In this document: positions 1-8,476 of the stretch, piece after piece | Position numbering within the stretch: the stretch's first letter is position 1 | Layout of the letters: every line of letters begins with the position of its first letter | DNA from: Chloroflexota bacterium | GTDB lineage: Bacteria; Chloroflexota; Limnocylindria; Limnocylindrales; CSP1-4 | Reading direction: 5' to 3' | Length of the DNA stretch: 44,688 bases | Assembly (NCBI GenBank): GCA_021825385.1 | Contig: JAKAHU010000001.1 | Location: 1-44,688 of the forward strand | Notes under the pieces: generated by a model | Told to the model about the DNA's origin: nothing | What the model saw: the letters and a program-made list of their open reading frames with translations, nothing else | Database searches by the model: none | Made by a program: the position numbers and the translations under genes

Positions 1-200
1 CGGAGCAGCTGGGCCAGCTCCGGGTCGGTGGTCCGGACGGTGGCGACGAGCCTGGCGATCGCCGGCTCGAGTGGCATCGTCGAGGGGCCGGCCGTCGCGC
101 CGAGGAGCCGCCACCGGCCGTCGACCCGCCCGACGAGCGCGGCCGAGCTCGTCGCGGTCCCCAGGTCGAGAGCGAGGAAGGCGCGTGGGTCGGTGGTCAC
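1..200 (-). CDS. hypothetical protein, N-terminal fragment running off the window start; possibly ASKHA (actin/sugar-kinase-like) ATPase fold
   Basis: Absent from the ORF track because it has no stop inside the window. Reverse-strand translation from GTG at 200-198 gives VTTDPRAFLALDLGTATSSAALVGRVDGRWRLLGATAGPSTMPLEPAIARLVATVRTTDPELAQLL with no stop down to position 1. LDLGTATS resembles the phosphate-1 DxGxT motif. Start codon and family are uncertain. Confidence 0.4.
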   Translation of the reverse strand, partial: MTTDPRAFLALDLGTATSSAALVGRVDGRWRLLGATAGPSTMPLEPAIARLVATVRTTDPELAQLL

Positions 201-230
201 CCGTCGACGCAGCCCGCTCCAGCCGGTTGG

Positions 231-539
231 TCAGGCATCCCAGCCACCACCGTCGTCATCCTCTTCGTCCTCCACGGCCTCCTCGAGCCGGGCGATCAGC
301 TGCTCGATCCCGGCCTCGTCGGCCAGGATCTGGCTGGCCGGACCGATCTCGCCGCCGAAGAGGCCGCGGAGGGTCGGGTCGAAGAAGAGCATGGCGTTGC
401 TGCCGAGGGAGCGGTAGGGCCGGCTCGCCTCGAGGAAGTGGACGGCAGGGGCCGTGAGGCCGCGCAGCTGGATCTCGCGGGCGACGCGCTCGACGAGCTC
501 CTCGCGCTGCTCGTCGGTCGGCTCGACGGGGAGGTTCAC
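231..539 (-). CDS. hypothetical small acidic protein (102 aa)
   Basis: ORF track 231..539. The GTG start overlaps the macro-domain gene stop (GTGA), and GGAGA lies about 7 nt upstream. The C-terminus is strongly acidic (EEAVEDEEDDDGGGWDA). I recognise no family. Confidence 0.55.
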   Translation of the reverse strand: MNLPVEPTDEQREELVERVAREIQLRGLTAPAVHFLEASRPYRSLGSNAMLFFDPTLRGLFGGEIGPASQILADEAGIEQLIARLEEAVEDEEDDDGGGWDA

Positions 540-1081
540 GCTGGATCTCCGATGGGCTGGGCCGGCGAAGCCGTCGATTCTCCGGCTCCGAGGGCAAGCT
601 GGAAGGCGCGGTACGTGCCTGCGCCCCGAAGGGCGAAGATGACGGTGGTGATGGCGGGCGACCGCTCGAGCTCGTCACGGACGGTCCGGACCATGATCCG
701 GGCCGCCTCCTCGAGCGGGAACCCACCGACCCCCGTCCCGAGAGCCGGAAAGGCAATCGTCTGGATATCGTACTCCCGGGCGCGCGCCATCGCGCTCCGG
801 ACGGCCGCCTCGATCGCCGCCCCGCTCGTGCGCCGGGCGCGGTCGAGGGAGGCGGCGTGGATGACCCACCGGGCCGCCAGGGCCCCGGCCGGGGTGACGA
901 TCGCCTCGCCCAGCCCGATCGGGCCCTGCCCGACGGCCGCGAACTCGATCTCGTCACCGCCTCTGCGCTTCAGGGCCCCGCCCACGCCGGTCGACATCCA
1001 CAGCGTCACGGTCGCCGCGTTGACGACCGCGTCGACCTCGAGGTCGCAGATGTCACCGTTCCAGAGCTCGATCCGTGCCAC
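536..1081 (-). CDS. macro domain protein (ADP-ribose / O-acetyl-ADP-ribose binding or deacetylase family)
   Basis: 181 aa. The N-terminus is IELWNGDICDLEVDAVVNAAT, followed by GVGGALKRRGG and IAFPALGTGVGGFP, the typical macro-domain signatures. GTG start with GAGG upstream. Confidence 0.85.
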   Translation of the reverse strand: MARIELWNGDICDLEVDAVVNAATVTLWMSTGVGGALKRRGGDEIEFAAVGQGPIGLGEAIVTPAGALAARWVIHAASLDRARRTSGAAIEAAVRSAMARAREYDIQTIAFPALGTGVGGFPLEEAARIMVRTVRDELERSPAITTVIFALRGAGTYRAFQLALGAGESTASPAQPIGDPA

Positions 1082-2298
1082 TCGCCCGCCTCATCGACCA
1101 GGGTCCGGACGGCGACCGTCCCGGACCCCGAATCGTACACCCGGGTCAGGCGGCGGGCCATCGCGGTGACGACCTCCCACGAGATCGTGGTGCGCAAGCG
1201 CGCCAGTTCGGCGGCCGTGATCTCCGAGCCGCCCTGTTCGCCGAGCAGGACGAACTCGTCGTCGACGGTGATCGGGGGGCCGGGCACATCGCTGACGTCG
1301 GCCATCACCGCGTCCATCGCCACGTTCCCCACCAGCGGCACCCGAACCCCACGCACGAGGGCGCTGGCCCGGTTCGAGTAGCCCCGGCTCCAGCCATCCC
1401 CGTAGCCCACGGGCAGGGTGGCGATCCGGCTCGGCCGGCGGGTGACGAAGCTCGAGCCGTAGCTGATCGCGGTCCCCGCCGGCAGGTCGGCGACCCGGAC
1501 CGGGCGAGCGTGGAGAGACATCACGGCCCGCAGCCGGGCCACCCTCGGCACGGGCCGCCCGTCGGCGATCAGGTCGTCGGGGACGAGTCCATAGAGCGCC
1601 AGGCCGACCCGGACCGCGTCGTAGGCGGGCACCCCTCCGGCAAGGATCCCTCCACTGGCCAGGAGGTGGCGGTCCGGGAGGCGGACGCCGCCGTCGCCCA
1701 GGAGCGCCGTCGCCGCTTCGAACCGGGTCACCTGGCCGAGCGAGCGCGGCTCGTCCTCGGGCGAGCCGAGATGCGACCACAGCCCGGCCAAGACGACCCC
1801 GGGCGTGCCCCGGATCGCCTCCGCCGCGGCCTGCACCTCGGCCTGGCTGACGAAGCCACCCCGTCCCAGTCCTGTCTCCAGCTCGATCTGGATCCGCAGC
1901 CGGCGGCGCGGCCTGCGGCCGGCGGCCTGGGCGCGGCGGAGCGCGGCCAACGTCCGGTCCAGGAGCTCACCATCGCCCGCGGTCAGGGAGATCGAGTGGC
2001 GGGCCGCTTCCGGGGCGAGCTCGGGCGGGACCGGGTAGACGATCAGGATCGGCAGCCGCAGGCCGGCTCGACGGATCTCGACCGCCTCGTCGAAGGTGGC
2101 CACGCACAGCCCGTCGGCACCGGCGTCGGCGAGTGCCCGCGCCACCGGGACGGCGCCGTGGCCATAGGCATCAGCCTTGACCACCGCCTCGACTCGGACG
2201 CCCGCCGGCAGCAGCGAGCGGATCGTGGTCAGGTTGCCGGTGAGCCGGTCGAGGTCGATCCGCAGCCAGGCCGTCCGGGGCAGCGGCGGCGGCCTCAA
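1006..2298 (-). CDS. alr: alanine racemase
   Basis: This is the C-terminal two thirds of track ORF 1006..2862. It has the PLP-lysine motif AVVKADAYGHG and an alr-like end (VTAMARRLTRVY..TVAVRTL). The proposed start is TTG at 2298-2296, overlapping the nnrD TGA (TTGA), with GGGGGAGGGG upstream. The longer track ORF is an Arg/Pro-rich out-of-frame read-through of nnrD. The start is uncertain. Confidence 0.85.
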   Translation of the reverse strand: MRPPPLPRTAWLRIDLDRLTGNLTTIRSLLPAGVRVEAVVKADAYGHGAVPVARALADAGADGLCVATFDEAVEIRRAGLRLPILIVYPVPPELAPEAARHSISLTAGDGELLDRTLAALRRAQAAGRRPRRRLRIQIELETGLGRGGFVSQAEVQAAAEAIRGTPGVVLAGLWSHLGSPEDEPRSLGQVTRFEAATALLGDGGVRLPDRHLLASGGILAGGVPAYDAVRVGLALYGLVPDDLIADGRPVPRVARLRAVMSLHARPVRVADLPAGTAISYGSSFVTRRPSRIATLPVGYGDGWSRGYSNRASALVRGVRVPLVGNVAMDAVMADVSDVPGPPITVDDEFVLLGEQGGSEITAAELARLRTTISWEVVTAMARRLTRVYDSGSGTVAVRTLVDEAGEWHGSSSGTVTSATSRSTRSSTRRP

Positions 2299-3295
2299 CC
2301 TGTCGTCCCCTCCCCCGAACGATCGCGCACCCCGAAGCCGAGCCGCCGGCCGGCCGACCGGCGCTCGGCGAGGAGCGTCAGCCGCCGGCGGGCGAAGGCG
2401 AGCTCGTCGGGCAGGTCCGAAGCGAGCAGCCCGGCATCGCCGATCCGTTGCCGCACCGCTTCGCCGGCCAGGCCGTGGAGGTAGACCCCGAGCCGGGCCG
2501 CGGCAAACGGTTCCACCCCCTGTGCCAGGAGCGCTCCGATCGTCCCGGACAGGACGTCGCCGGTCCCACCGCTGGCCAGGGCCGGATTCTCGAAGGGGGC
2601 GACGGCGATCGCGCCTCCAGGCTCGGCGATCACCGTCCGGGCCCCCTTGAGAACGACGACCTGGCCCCAGGTCTGCGCGGCGCTCACGGCAGCCCGGGCG
2701 CGGGCGGCATCGTCGGCCAGGAGATCTCCGTCGATGTCGGGATCGACCCCGCCCGCCGCCCGGAGCCGGCGGAACTCGCCGACATGGGGCGTGAGCACCG
2801 CCCGCCGGGTGACGCCCTCCCACCATAGATCGAGCGAGCGAGCGAGCGGAGCGCCTCGGCATCGACGACGGCCGGCACCGGAGCCGGCTCCTCGGGGACG
2901 GCCAGGAGGGCCGAGATCAGCTCGGTCGTGGCCAGCCCCGGCCGGAGGCCCGGACCGACGACGATCGCGTCGTGGTCGTGATCGAGGATCCGTCCGAGCG
3001 CCCGCTCGGGGTCGACCTCCTCGAGGTCGTCCTCGGGCAGGCCCATCGTCGTCGCCTCGACGACCTTGGCGGCGAAGAGCGGCTGGAGCGATTCGGGTAC
3101 GGCCAGGGTGACCAGACCGGCCCCGGCCCGCCCGGCGGCGCGACAGACGAGGAGCGCGGCCCCGGCGTAGTCGAGCGAGCCGGCGAGGACGAGGAGCTTG
3201 CCGAACATCCCCTTGTGGCCGCGCTGGGGGCGGACCGGGAGGAGCGTCGCGGCAAGGGCGTCGTCGAGCGCGGTCGCCCCGGGCACGACGGCCAT
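2295..3295 (-). pseudogene. nnrD: ADP-dependent NAD(P)H-hydrate dehydratase (NnrD / YjeF C-terminal carbohydrate-kinase family), interrupted by a frameshift
   Basis: The N-terminal half (MAVVPGATALDDALAATLLPVRPQRGHKGMFGKLLVLAGS...VVDAEALRSLARS) is in the frame of track ORF 2684..3637. The C-terminal half (LDLWWEGVTRRAVLTPHVGEF...VLKGARTVI...ASGGTGDVLSG) is in the frame of track ORF 2295..2798. The frames switch within 2831..2848. The span is 1001 nt, not a multiple of 3. Confidence 0.75.
2831..2848. repeat. tetranucleotide tandem repeat (CGAG/GAGC) x4.5 at the nnrD frameshift point
   Basis: The plus strand reads cgagcgagcgagcgagcg at 2831..2848, read directly from the sequence. Confidence 0.9.
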
Positions 3296-3356
3296 CGTCC
3301 GCCCCGTGCCGTCCGGTCCCTCCTCGGCCCGGCGCCCGAAGCCGACCGGGCCCCGC

Positions 3357-3989
3357 TCAGGCACGTGGGTCACCACCGCCGGCCAGCGCCCGCAGCCGCT
3401 CGAGCCGAGCCAGGATCCGGCGCTCGCGCTCGTCGAGCCGCTCCTCGATGTCCGGCGGGAAGAGGTAGCGCCCGCCCGCGACGCGGATGCCGTAGGCGAT
3501 GGCGACCGCGTACTCCGACTCGTGGCTGATCGAGACCGCCACCCGATCCATGCCCAGCTGCCCGGCGCGGATCGCCGCGCGCCCGTGGAGCCGGACGGCC
3601 GGCTGGCCGGTGGGCAGGCGCTCGATCTCGATGTCACGCCAGCCGATCCCGCGCACCCCGAGGCCGAGGACCTTCGAGACGGCCTCCTTGGCCGCCCACC
3701 GTCCGGCCAGCGTCTCCGGCCGATCGCGGACGTAGCGCTGCTCGGCGGGGGTGAGGACCCGGCGCGTAAAGCGGGCCCCGTGGCGCTCGAGCGCGCGCCG
3801 GATCCGGTCGACCTTGACGATGTCGATGCCGAGCTCGGTCGTCCCCGCGGGAACGGCGCTCGGGGTGTCGCGCGGACCGGCCGGGACCAGCGGGTCGGCC
3901 CGGGTGGAAGCGCCGGCCGAGGCCGGTCCGTCGCTCGTGACCAGTCGGTCGCCCCCGGTCATCTCGTCGGCCGAGCCGCGCGCCGCCAT
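3357..3989 (-). CDS. acpS: holo-[acyl-carrier-protein] synthase (4'-phosphopantetheinyl transferase), unusually long
   Basis: The core LGIDIVKVDRIRRALERHGARFTRRVLTPAEQ...LAGRWAAKEAVSKVLG...VSISHESEYAVAIA matches AcpS. The only in-frame ATG/GTG starts upstream of the core are ATG 3989 and ATG 3962, so an N-terminal extension of at least 40 aa is unavoidable. There is also a C-terminal tail of about 43 aa. Confidence 0.8.
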   Translation of the reverse strand: MAARGSADEMTGGDRLVTSDGPASAGASTRADPLVPAGPRDTPSAVPAGTTELGIDIVKVDRIRRALERHGARFTRRVLTPAEQRYVRDRPETLAGRWAAKEAVSKVLGLGVRGIGWRDIEIERLPTGQPAVRLHGRAAIRAGQLGMDRVAVSISHESEYAVAIAYGIRVAGGRYLFPPDIEERLDERERRILARLERLRALAGGGDPRA

Positions 3990-3996
3990 GGCCGAC

Positions 3997-5826
3997 CTAC
4001 TCGACCGTCACCGACTTGGCCAGGTTGCGCGGCTGGTCGACGTCGGTGCCGCGGGCGACGGCCATGTGGTAGGCGAACAGCTGGAGCGGGATGACCGCCA
4101 GGACCGGGCTGAGCGCCTCGTGGGTGTCCGGCACCCAGCACACGTCGTCGGCGAAGCGCTCGACCTGCGGGTCGCCCTCGGTCGCCACCGCGATCACGCG
4201 CGCGTCGCGGGCGCGGCCCTCCATGACGTTGCTGATCAGCTTGTCGTAGACACTCGAGCGGGTCGCGACCGCGACCAGCGGCACCTCGGCATCGAGGAGC
4301 GAGATCGGGCCGTGCTTCAGCTCACCGGCCGCGTATCCCTCGGCATGGACGTAGCTGACCTCCTTGAGCTTGAGCGCCCCCTCGAGCGCGGCCGGATAGG
4401 TCAGCCCCCGGCCGACGAACATGAAGCCGCGCGAGTTCACGTACCGTCGGGCGAGCGCGGCGCTGTCGGCCGCGTTGTCGAGGGTCCGCCGGGCAGCGTC
4501 CGGCAGCGCCCGCAGGGCGAGACCGAGCTCGAGCTCCGCGCCCGCCTCGAGCGCCCCCCTCAGCTTGGCGATCGCAGCGGCGAGGATGACCAGCGTCGTG
4601 ACCTGGGTCGTGAACGTCTTGGAGGCCGCCACGGCGATCTCCGGTCCGGCCTGCAGGAACAGGACCGCGTCCGCCTCGCGAGTGATCGCCGAGCCGACCG
4701 TGTTCGTGACCGCCACGACGCGACAGCCTCGCTCGCGGGCCAGGCGGGTCGCGGCGATCGTGTCCGCGGTCTCGCCGGACTGGCTGACGGCGATCACCAG
4801 CGTCCGCTCGTCGAGCGGCGGCGGAGCGTAGCGGAATTCCGAGCCGACCGTCGCCCGGGCCGGCAGGCCGGTCCACTCCTGGAGGGCGGTGGCCCCGACG
4901 AGCCCGGCGTAGTGGGCGCTGCCGCAGGCGATCAGCTCGACCCGGTCGATCGTCGCCAGGTGCGTGGCCAGTCCGTCGAGCTCGGTGACCCGGATCCGTC
5001 CGTCACGGCTCACGCGGCCGGTGATCGCGGCCCGCAGGGCGTCCGGCTGCTCGTCGATCTCCTTGGCCATGAAGTGCTCGTAGCCGCCCTTCTCGGCCGC
5101 CTCGAGCGACCAGGCAACCGTGCTCACGACCCGCTCGCGGGGCACGCCATCGATCCCGCTGATCGAAACCCCCGAGGGGCGGAGATCGGCCAGGTCACCC
5201 TCCTCGAGGAAGATCACCCGGTCGGTGTGGGCCAGGATCGCCGCCACGTCGGAGGCGAGGAACGTCTCGCCATCACCGATCCCGACCACGAGCGGCACAT
5301 TCATCCGGGCCCCAACGAGGCGGTCCGGCTCGGCCCGGTGCATGACCGCCAGGGCATAGGCGCCCTCGGCCTGGCGGAGCGCGATCCGGGTCGCCTCGGC
5401 GATGTCGCCCGCGTAGGCGTCCTCGATCAGGTGGGCGAGCGCCTCGGTGTCGGTCTCCGAGGCGAGCCGGTGACCTCGTTCCTCGAGCGCGTCGCGCAGC
5501 TCGCGGAAGTTCTCGATGATCCCGTTGTGGATGACCGTGATCTCGCCGGTGCAGTCGACGTGGGGGTGAGCATTCAGGTCATTCGGCCGGCCGTGGGTCG
5601 CCCAGCGGGTGTGGGCCAGCCCGATCGCGGCATGGGGCGTCCGGTCGAGGAGCGCCGTCTGCAGGTTGGCGAGCTTGCCGGCCCGCTTCTCGACGAACAG
5701 GCCGCCGGCCTCGTCGACGAGCGCGATCCCGGCCGAGTCGTAGCCACGGTACTCGAGCCGCTTCAGGCCTTCGATCAGGATTGGACCCGCTTCCCGCGGC
5801 CCGGTGTAGCCGACGATGCCGCACAT
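3997..5826 (-). CDS. glmS: glutamine--fructose-6-phosphate aminotransferase (isomerizing)
   Basis: Canonical N-terminal nucleophile start MCGIVGY at 5826; the track ORF start at 5862 is an upstream extension. GGAGAG lies upstream, two SIS domains are present, and the C-terminus is LAKSVTVE. Confidence 0.95.
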   Translation of the reverse strand: MCGIVGYTGPREAGPILIEGLKRLEYRGYDSAGIALVDEAGGLFVEKRAGKLANLQTALLDRTPHAAIGLAHTRWATHGRPNDLNAHPHVDCTGEITVIHNGIIENFRELRDALEERGHRLASETDTEALAHLIEDAYAGDIAEATRIALRQAEGAYALAVMHRAEPDRLVGARMNVPLVVGIGDGETFLASDVAAILAHTDRVIFLEEGDLADLRPSGVSISGIDGVPRERVVSTVAWSLEAAEKGGYEHFMAKEIDEQPDALRAAITGRVSRDGRIRVTELDGLATHLATIDRVELIACGSAHYAGLVGATALQEWTGLPARATVGSEFRYAPPPLDERTLVIAVSQSGETADTIAATRLARERGCRVVAVTNTVGSAITREADAVLFLQAGPEIAVAASKTFTTQVTTLVILAAAIAKLRGALEAGAELELGLALRALPDAARRTLDNAADSAALARRYVNSRGFMFVGRGLTYPAALEGALKLKEVSYVHAEGYAAGELKHGPISLLDAEVPLVAVATRSSVYDKLISNVMEGRARDARVIAVATEGDPQVERFADDVCWVPDTHEALSPVLAVIPLQLFAYHMAVARGTDVDQPRNLAKSVTVE

Positions 5827-5898
5827 GACGTCACGCTCTCCGTGTCTGCCCGACGGTGGCAACCGACGGGCCTCGTGGTCGCCGGTCGGGCCGCCGGC

Positions 5899-7230
5899 TC
5901 AGTTTAGACGCTCCCTGGCGACCGAGGCGATCGCGTCGGCCAGATCGGCCACGAGCCCCGCGTCGGTGCCCTCGACCATCACCCGCAGGGCCGGTTCGGT
6001 CCCCGACGGGCGGACGAGCACCCGTCCCCCGACGCCGAGCCGGTCGCACGCCTCGGCGATCGCCCGCTGGAGCACGGGATCGCCCTCCCACTGGTCCTTG
6101 TGACGGGCCCGAACGGCACGCTGTTGCTGGGGCAGAAGGGGGATTCTGGCGGCCAGATCGGCCAGGCCACTCCCCCGCCGGCTCATCACCCTGAGGACCT
6201 CGAGCGCGGTGACGATCCCGTCGCCGCTCGTGGTGTGCTCGAGCACGATCACGTGGCCGCTCTTCTCGCCGCCCAACTCGGCGCCGTTGACCTGCATCCC
6301 CTCGAGGATGTACTTGTCGCCGACCGGCGTCCGGATCAGCGTCCCGCCGGCCGCTTCGACGACCGCCTGGAGCCCGCCGTTGGAGAGGACGGAGACGACG
6401 AGCGCCCCGTTTGCCAGCGCCCCCCGCTCGAGCCGGTCGAGGGCGAGGATGCCCAGGACCTGGTCGCCGTCGACCACTCGGCCGGCGGCATCGACCGCGA
6501 TCAGCCGGTCCGCGTCGCCGTCGAGGGCGAAGCCGACATCGGCGCCGCGCTCGACGACGGCTGCCGCGAGCGAGGCGGGCGCGGTTGCACCGGCCTGGAC
6601 GTTGATGTTCACCCCATCGGGCTCGTTGTGGATCACGTCCACCCGGGCACCGGTGGCGGCGAGGATCTCGGGCGCGACGATGCCGCCCGAGCCGTTGGCA
6701 CAGTCGAGGACGACGTGGATGTCGGTCCGCACGGTGCGAGCCAGGGCGAGCCGGTGGGCACGGTAGCGATCGAGCAGCTGATGCGCGTCGACGGCCACCC
6801 CGAGCTCGGCATTGCCGACACCGCCGAGCTCCTCGGCCCGCCAGATCAGCGCCTCGAGCTCGTCCTCGATCGAGTCGTCGAGCTTCAGGCCGGCCCGGTC
6901 AAGGACCTTGAGCCCGTTGTCATCGGCCGGGTTGTGGGAGGCGGAGACCATGATCCCCGCGGCGAACTCGCCCTGTCCGGCCAGGAAGGCGAGGGCGGGC
7001 GTCGGGACCACGCCCACCCGGTGGACGTCGACGCCGAGGCTCGTTGCCCCGGCGGTGATCGCGGCCACGAACATGTCGCACGAGCGACGGGTGTCCTGGC
7101 CGACGACGAGCAGGCCACCCGGACCGACCAGGCGGTGGGCGGTCGCCCGTCCGAGGGCGTAGGCGATCGTGGGCTTGAGGTCGACGTTGGCGACCCCCCG
7201 GATGCCGTCGGTTCCGAACAGACGCGGCAT
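5899..7230 (-). CDS. glmM: phosphoglucosamine mutase
   Basis: 443 aa. MPRLFGTDGIRGVAN and the phosphoserine loop SASHNPADDNG are present. Confidence 0.95.
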   Translation of the reverse strand: MPRLFGTDGIRGVANVDLKPTIAYALGRATAHRLVGPGGLLVVGQDTRRSCDMFVAAITAGATSLGVDVHRVGVVPTPALAFLAGQGEFAAGIMVSASHNPADDNGLKVLDRAGLKLDDSIEDELEALIWRAEELGGVGNAELGVAVDAHQLLDRYRAHRLALARTVRTDIHVVLDCANGSGGIVAPEILAATGARVDVIHNEPDGVNINVQAGATAPASLAAAVVERGADVGFALDGDADRLIAVDAAGRVVDGDQVLGILALDRLERGALANGALVVSVLSNGGLQAVVEAAGGTLIRTPVGDKYILEGMQVNGAELGGEKSGHVIVLEHTTSGDGIVTALEVLRVMSRRGSGLADLAARIPLLPQQQRAVRARHKDQWEGDPVLQRAIAEACDRLGVGGRVLVRPSGTEPALRVMVEGTDAGLVADLADAIASVARERLN

Positions 7231-7231
7231 G

Positions 7232-8476
7232 CTATGGCCCTGGCGGTGCCGAGGGGCTGGCCGAGACCGGCAGCCCGACGGTGATGATGATCCGGGCGGG
7301 GGCGATCGCGACCAGGCTGAGCCGCGATGGGAGTGCGGCCCGGAGGGTCACCTCGTGCCCGCCGGGTTCCAGGTCCGTCACGTCGGCCACGACGACGAGG
7401 CTGCGCGCATCGAGCTGGTCGAGATCGGTGGCCGCCCCGCCGACGGTGACCAGGACCCGGTCGGTCGAGAGGCTGTACGTGCGGTCGGTGCGCTCACCGG
7501 CCAGGACGATCCCGGCGCTGATCGTGCGGCTGCCCATGGTGGGCCGGATCCGGACCGAGACCCGGACCGTGGCATCGCCCAGCAGGGCGACTCCGTCGGG
7601 CAGGGCGAGATCGATCGTGCGCCCGAAATCGGCCACGGCACCCGAGAGCGAAACCGGGTTCGTGTCGATCCGGGCCAGTTCGGCGAGCACGCTGGCGTCT
7701 CCCTCGACCGTCACGACGACCGGGCTGACGGTGACCGAGCCGACCTCGAACCCGACCCCGGGCGTGCCGACGACGACCGGGTTGACCGGCAGCGACTTGC
7801 TGACCAGCTGGTTGCCAACGAGGATCCGCACCCGGACCGCAGCCGGGTCGAGCCGAACCTGGGAGACCGGCTCACCCCGGCCATCGACGGCGACCAGATC
7901 AACCGCCTGGTCGATCGAGATCCCGGACGGCTGGATCAGAACGCGGGCGACCGCCTGGACGACCTGGCTGACGGCCGAACGCGGCCCGCTCACGGTCACC
8001 TGCCTGACCTCGAGGACCGGATCACGGACCTCGAGGCCCGGCGGAACGGTTCCCCGGTCGACCTCGACCGGCACCGTCTTCGAGACCAGCGGGTCGAGAC
8101 GAATCTGGATCTGGCGCGGGTCGAAGTCGAGCACCTGGACCCGCCCATCGGCCACCCTGACCTGGACCGGCACGGTGACGAACGAGCTGCCCGGCTGGGG
8201 CACGACCCCGGCCAGGTCGACGAAGGCCGAGAAGCTCGCACTCGAGAGCCGGTCGAACGCGTCGCGTGGGGCGAACAAGCGGACGTCGTGAACCTCGCCC
8301 AGCGAGCCGAGGATGAACACCGACGGCGACTGGTTGACCGGCACGATCGGGACGCGCCCGGCCCAGACCTGGGCGTTCTGGGACAGGACGAGGCCGGCGT
8401 AGAGGAGCGTCGCGAGCACGACCGCCCCGAGCTTGAGCGGCCAGTTGTGGACGACGAAGCCGACGAACCGTCTCAC
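7232..8476 (-). CDS. cdaR: YbbR-domain protein, CdaA regulatory protein CdaR
   Basis: 414 aa with an N-terminal TM helix (WPLKLGAVVLATLLYAGLVL) followed by repeated beta-rich YbbR-like modules. The GTG start overlaps the cdaA stop (GTGA). It lies between cdaA and glmM, as in Firmicutes. Confidence 0.8.
   Translation of the reverse strand: MRRFVGFVVHNWPLKLGAVVLATLLYAGLVLSQNAQVWAGRVPIVPVNQSPSVFILGSLGEVHDVRLFAPRDAFDRLSSASFSAFVDLAGVVPQPGSSFVTVPVQVRVADGRVQVLDFDPRQIQIRLDPLVSKTVPVEVDRGTVPPGLEVRDPVLEVRQVTVSGPRSAVSQVVQAVARVLIQPSGISIDQAVDLVAVDGRGEPVSQVRLDPAAVRVRILVGNQLVSKSLPVNPVVVGTPGVGFEVGSVTVSPVVVTVEGDASVLAELARIDTNPVSLSGAVADFGRTIDLALPDGVALLGDATVRVSVRIRPTMGSRTISAGIVLAGERTDRTYSLSTDRVLVTVGGAATDLDQLDARSLVVVADVTDLEPGGHEVTLRAALPSRLSLVAIAPARIIITVGLPVSASPSAPPGP

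Noticed and set aside
200-233. In-frame TGA (233-231) between the 102-aa ORF and the downstream ASKHA-like ORF, as possible selenocysteine or programmed read-through
   Set aside because: Sharing a frame has a one-in-three chance expectation. I see no SECIS-like hairpin immediately downstream. The intervening 10 codons (PTGWSGLRRR) look non-coding, and a GTG start at 200 explains the downstream ORF.
1006-2862. Upstream extensions of track ORFs that would lengthen real genes. Affected starts: alr to 2862, glmS to 5862, rpsH to 21224, rplP to 24346, rpsL to 32182, rplL to 40935, rplJ to 41736, secE to 44030, nnrD to 3637, map to 16416 and rpmC to 23322.
   Set aside because: The extensions overlap the preceding conserved gene or the tRNA, are compositionally aberrant, and precede canonical family N-termini that have their own Shine-Dalgarno sequences.
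5827-5898. glmS ribozyme upstream of glmS
   Set aside because: Only 72 nt separate glmM and glmS, which is too short for the ribozyme core. I see no matching conserved segments, only a GGAGAG ribosome-binding site.
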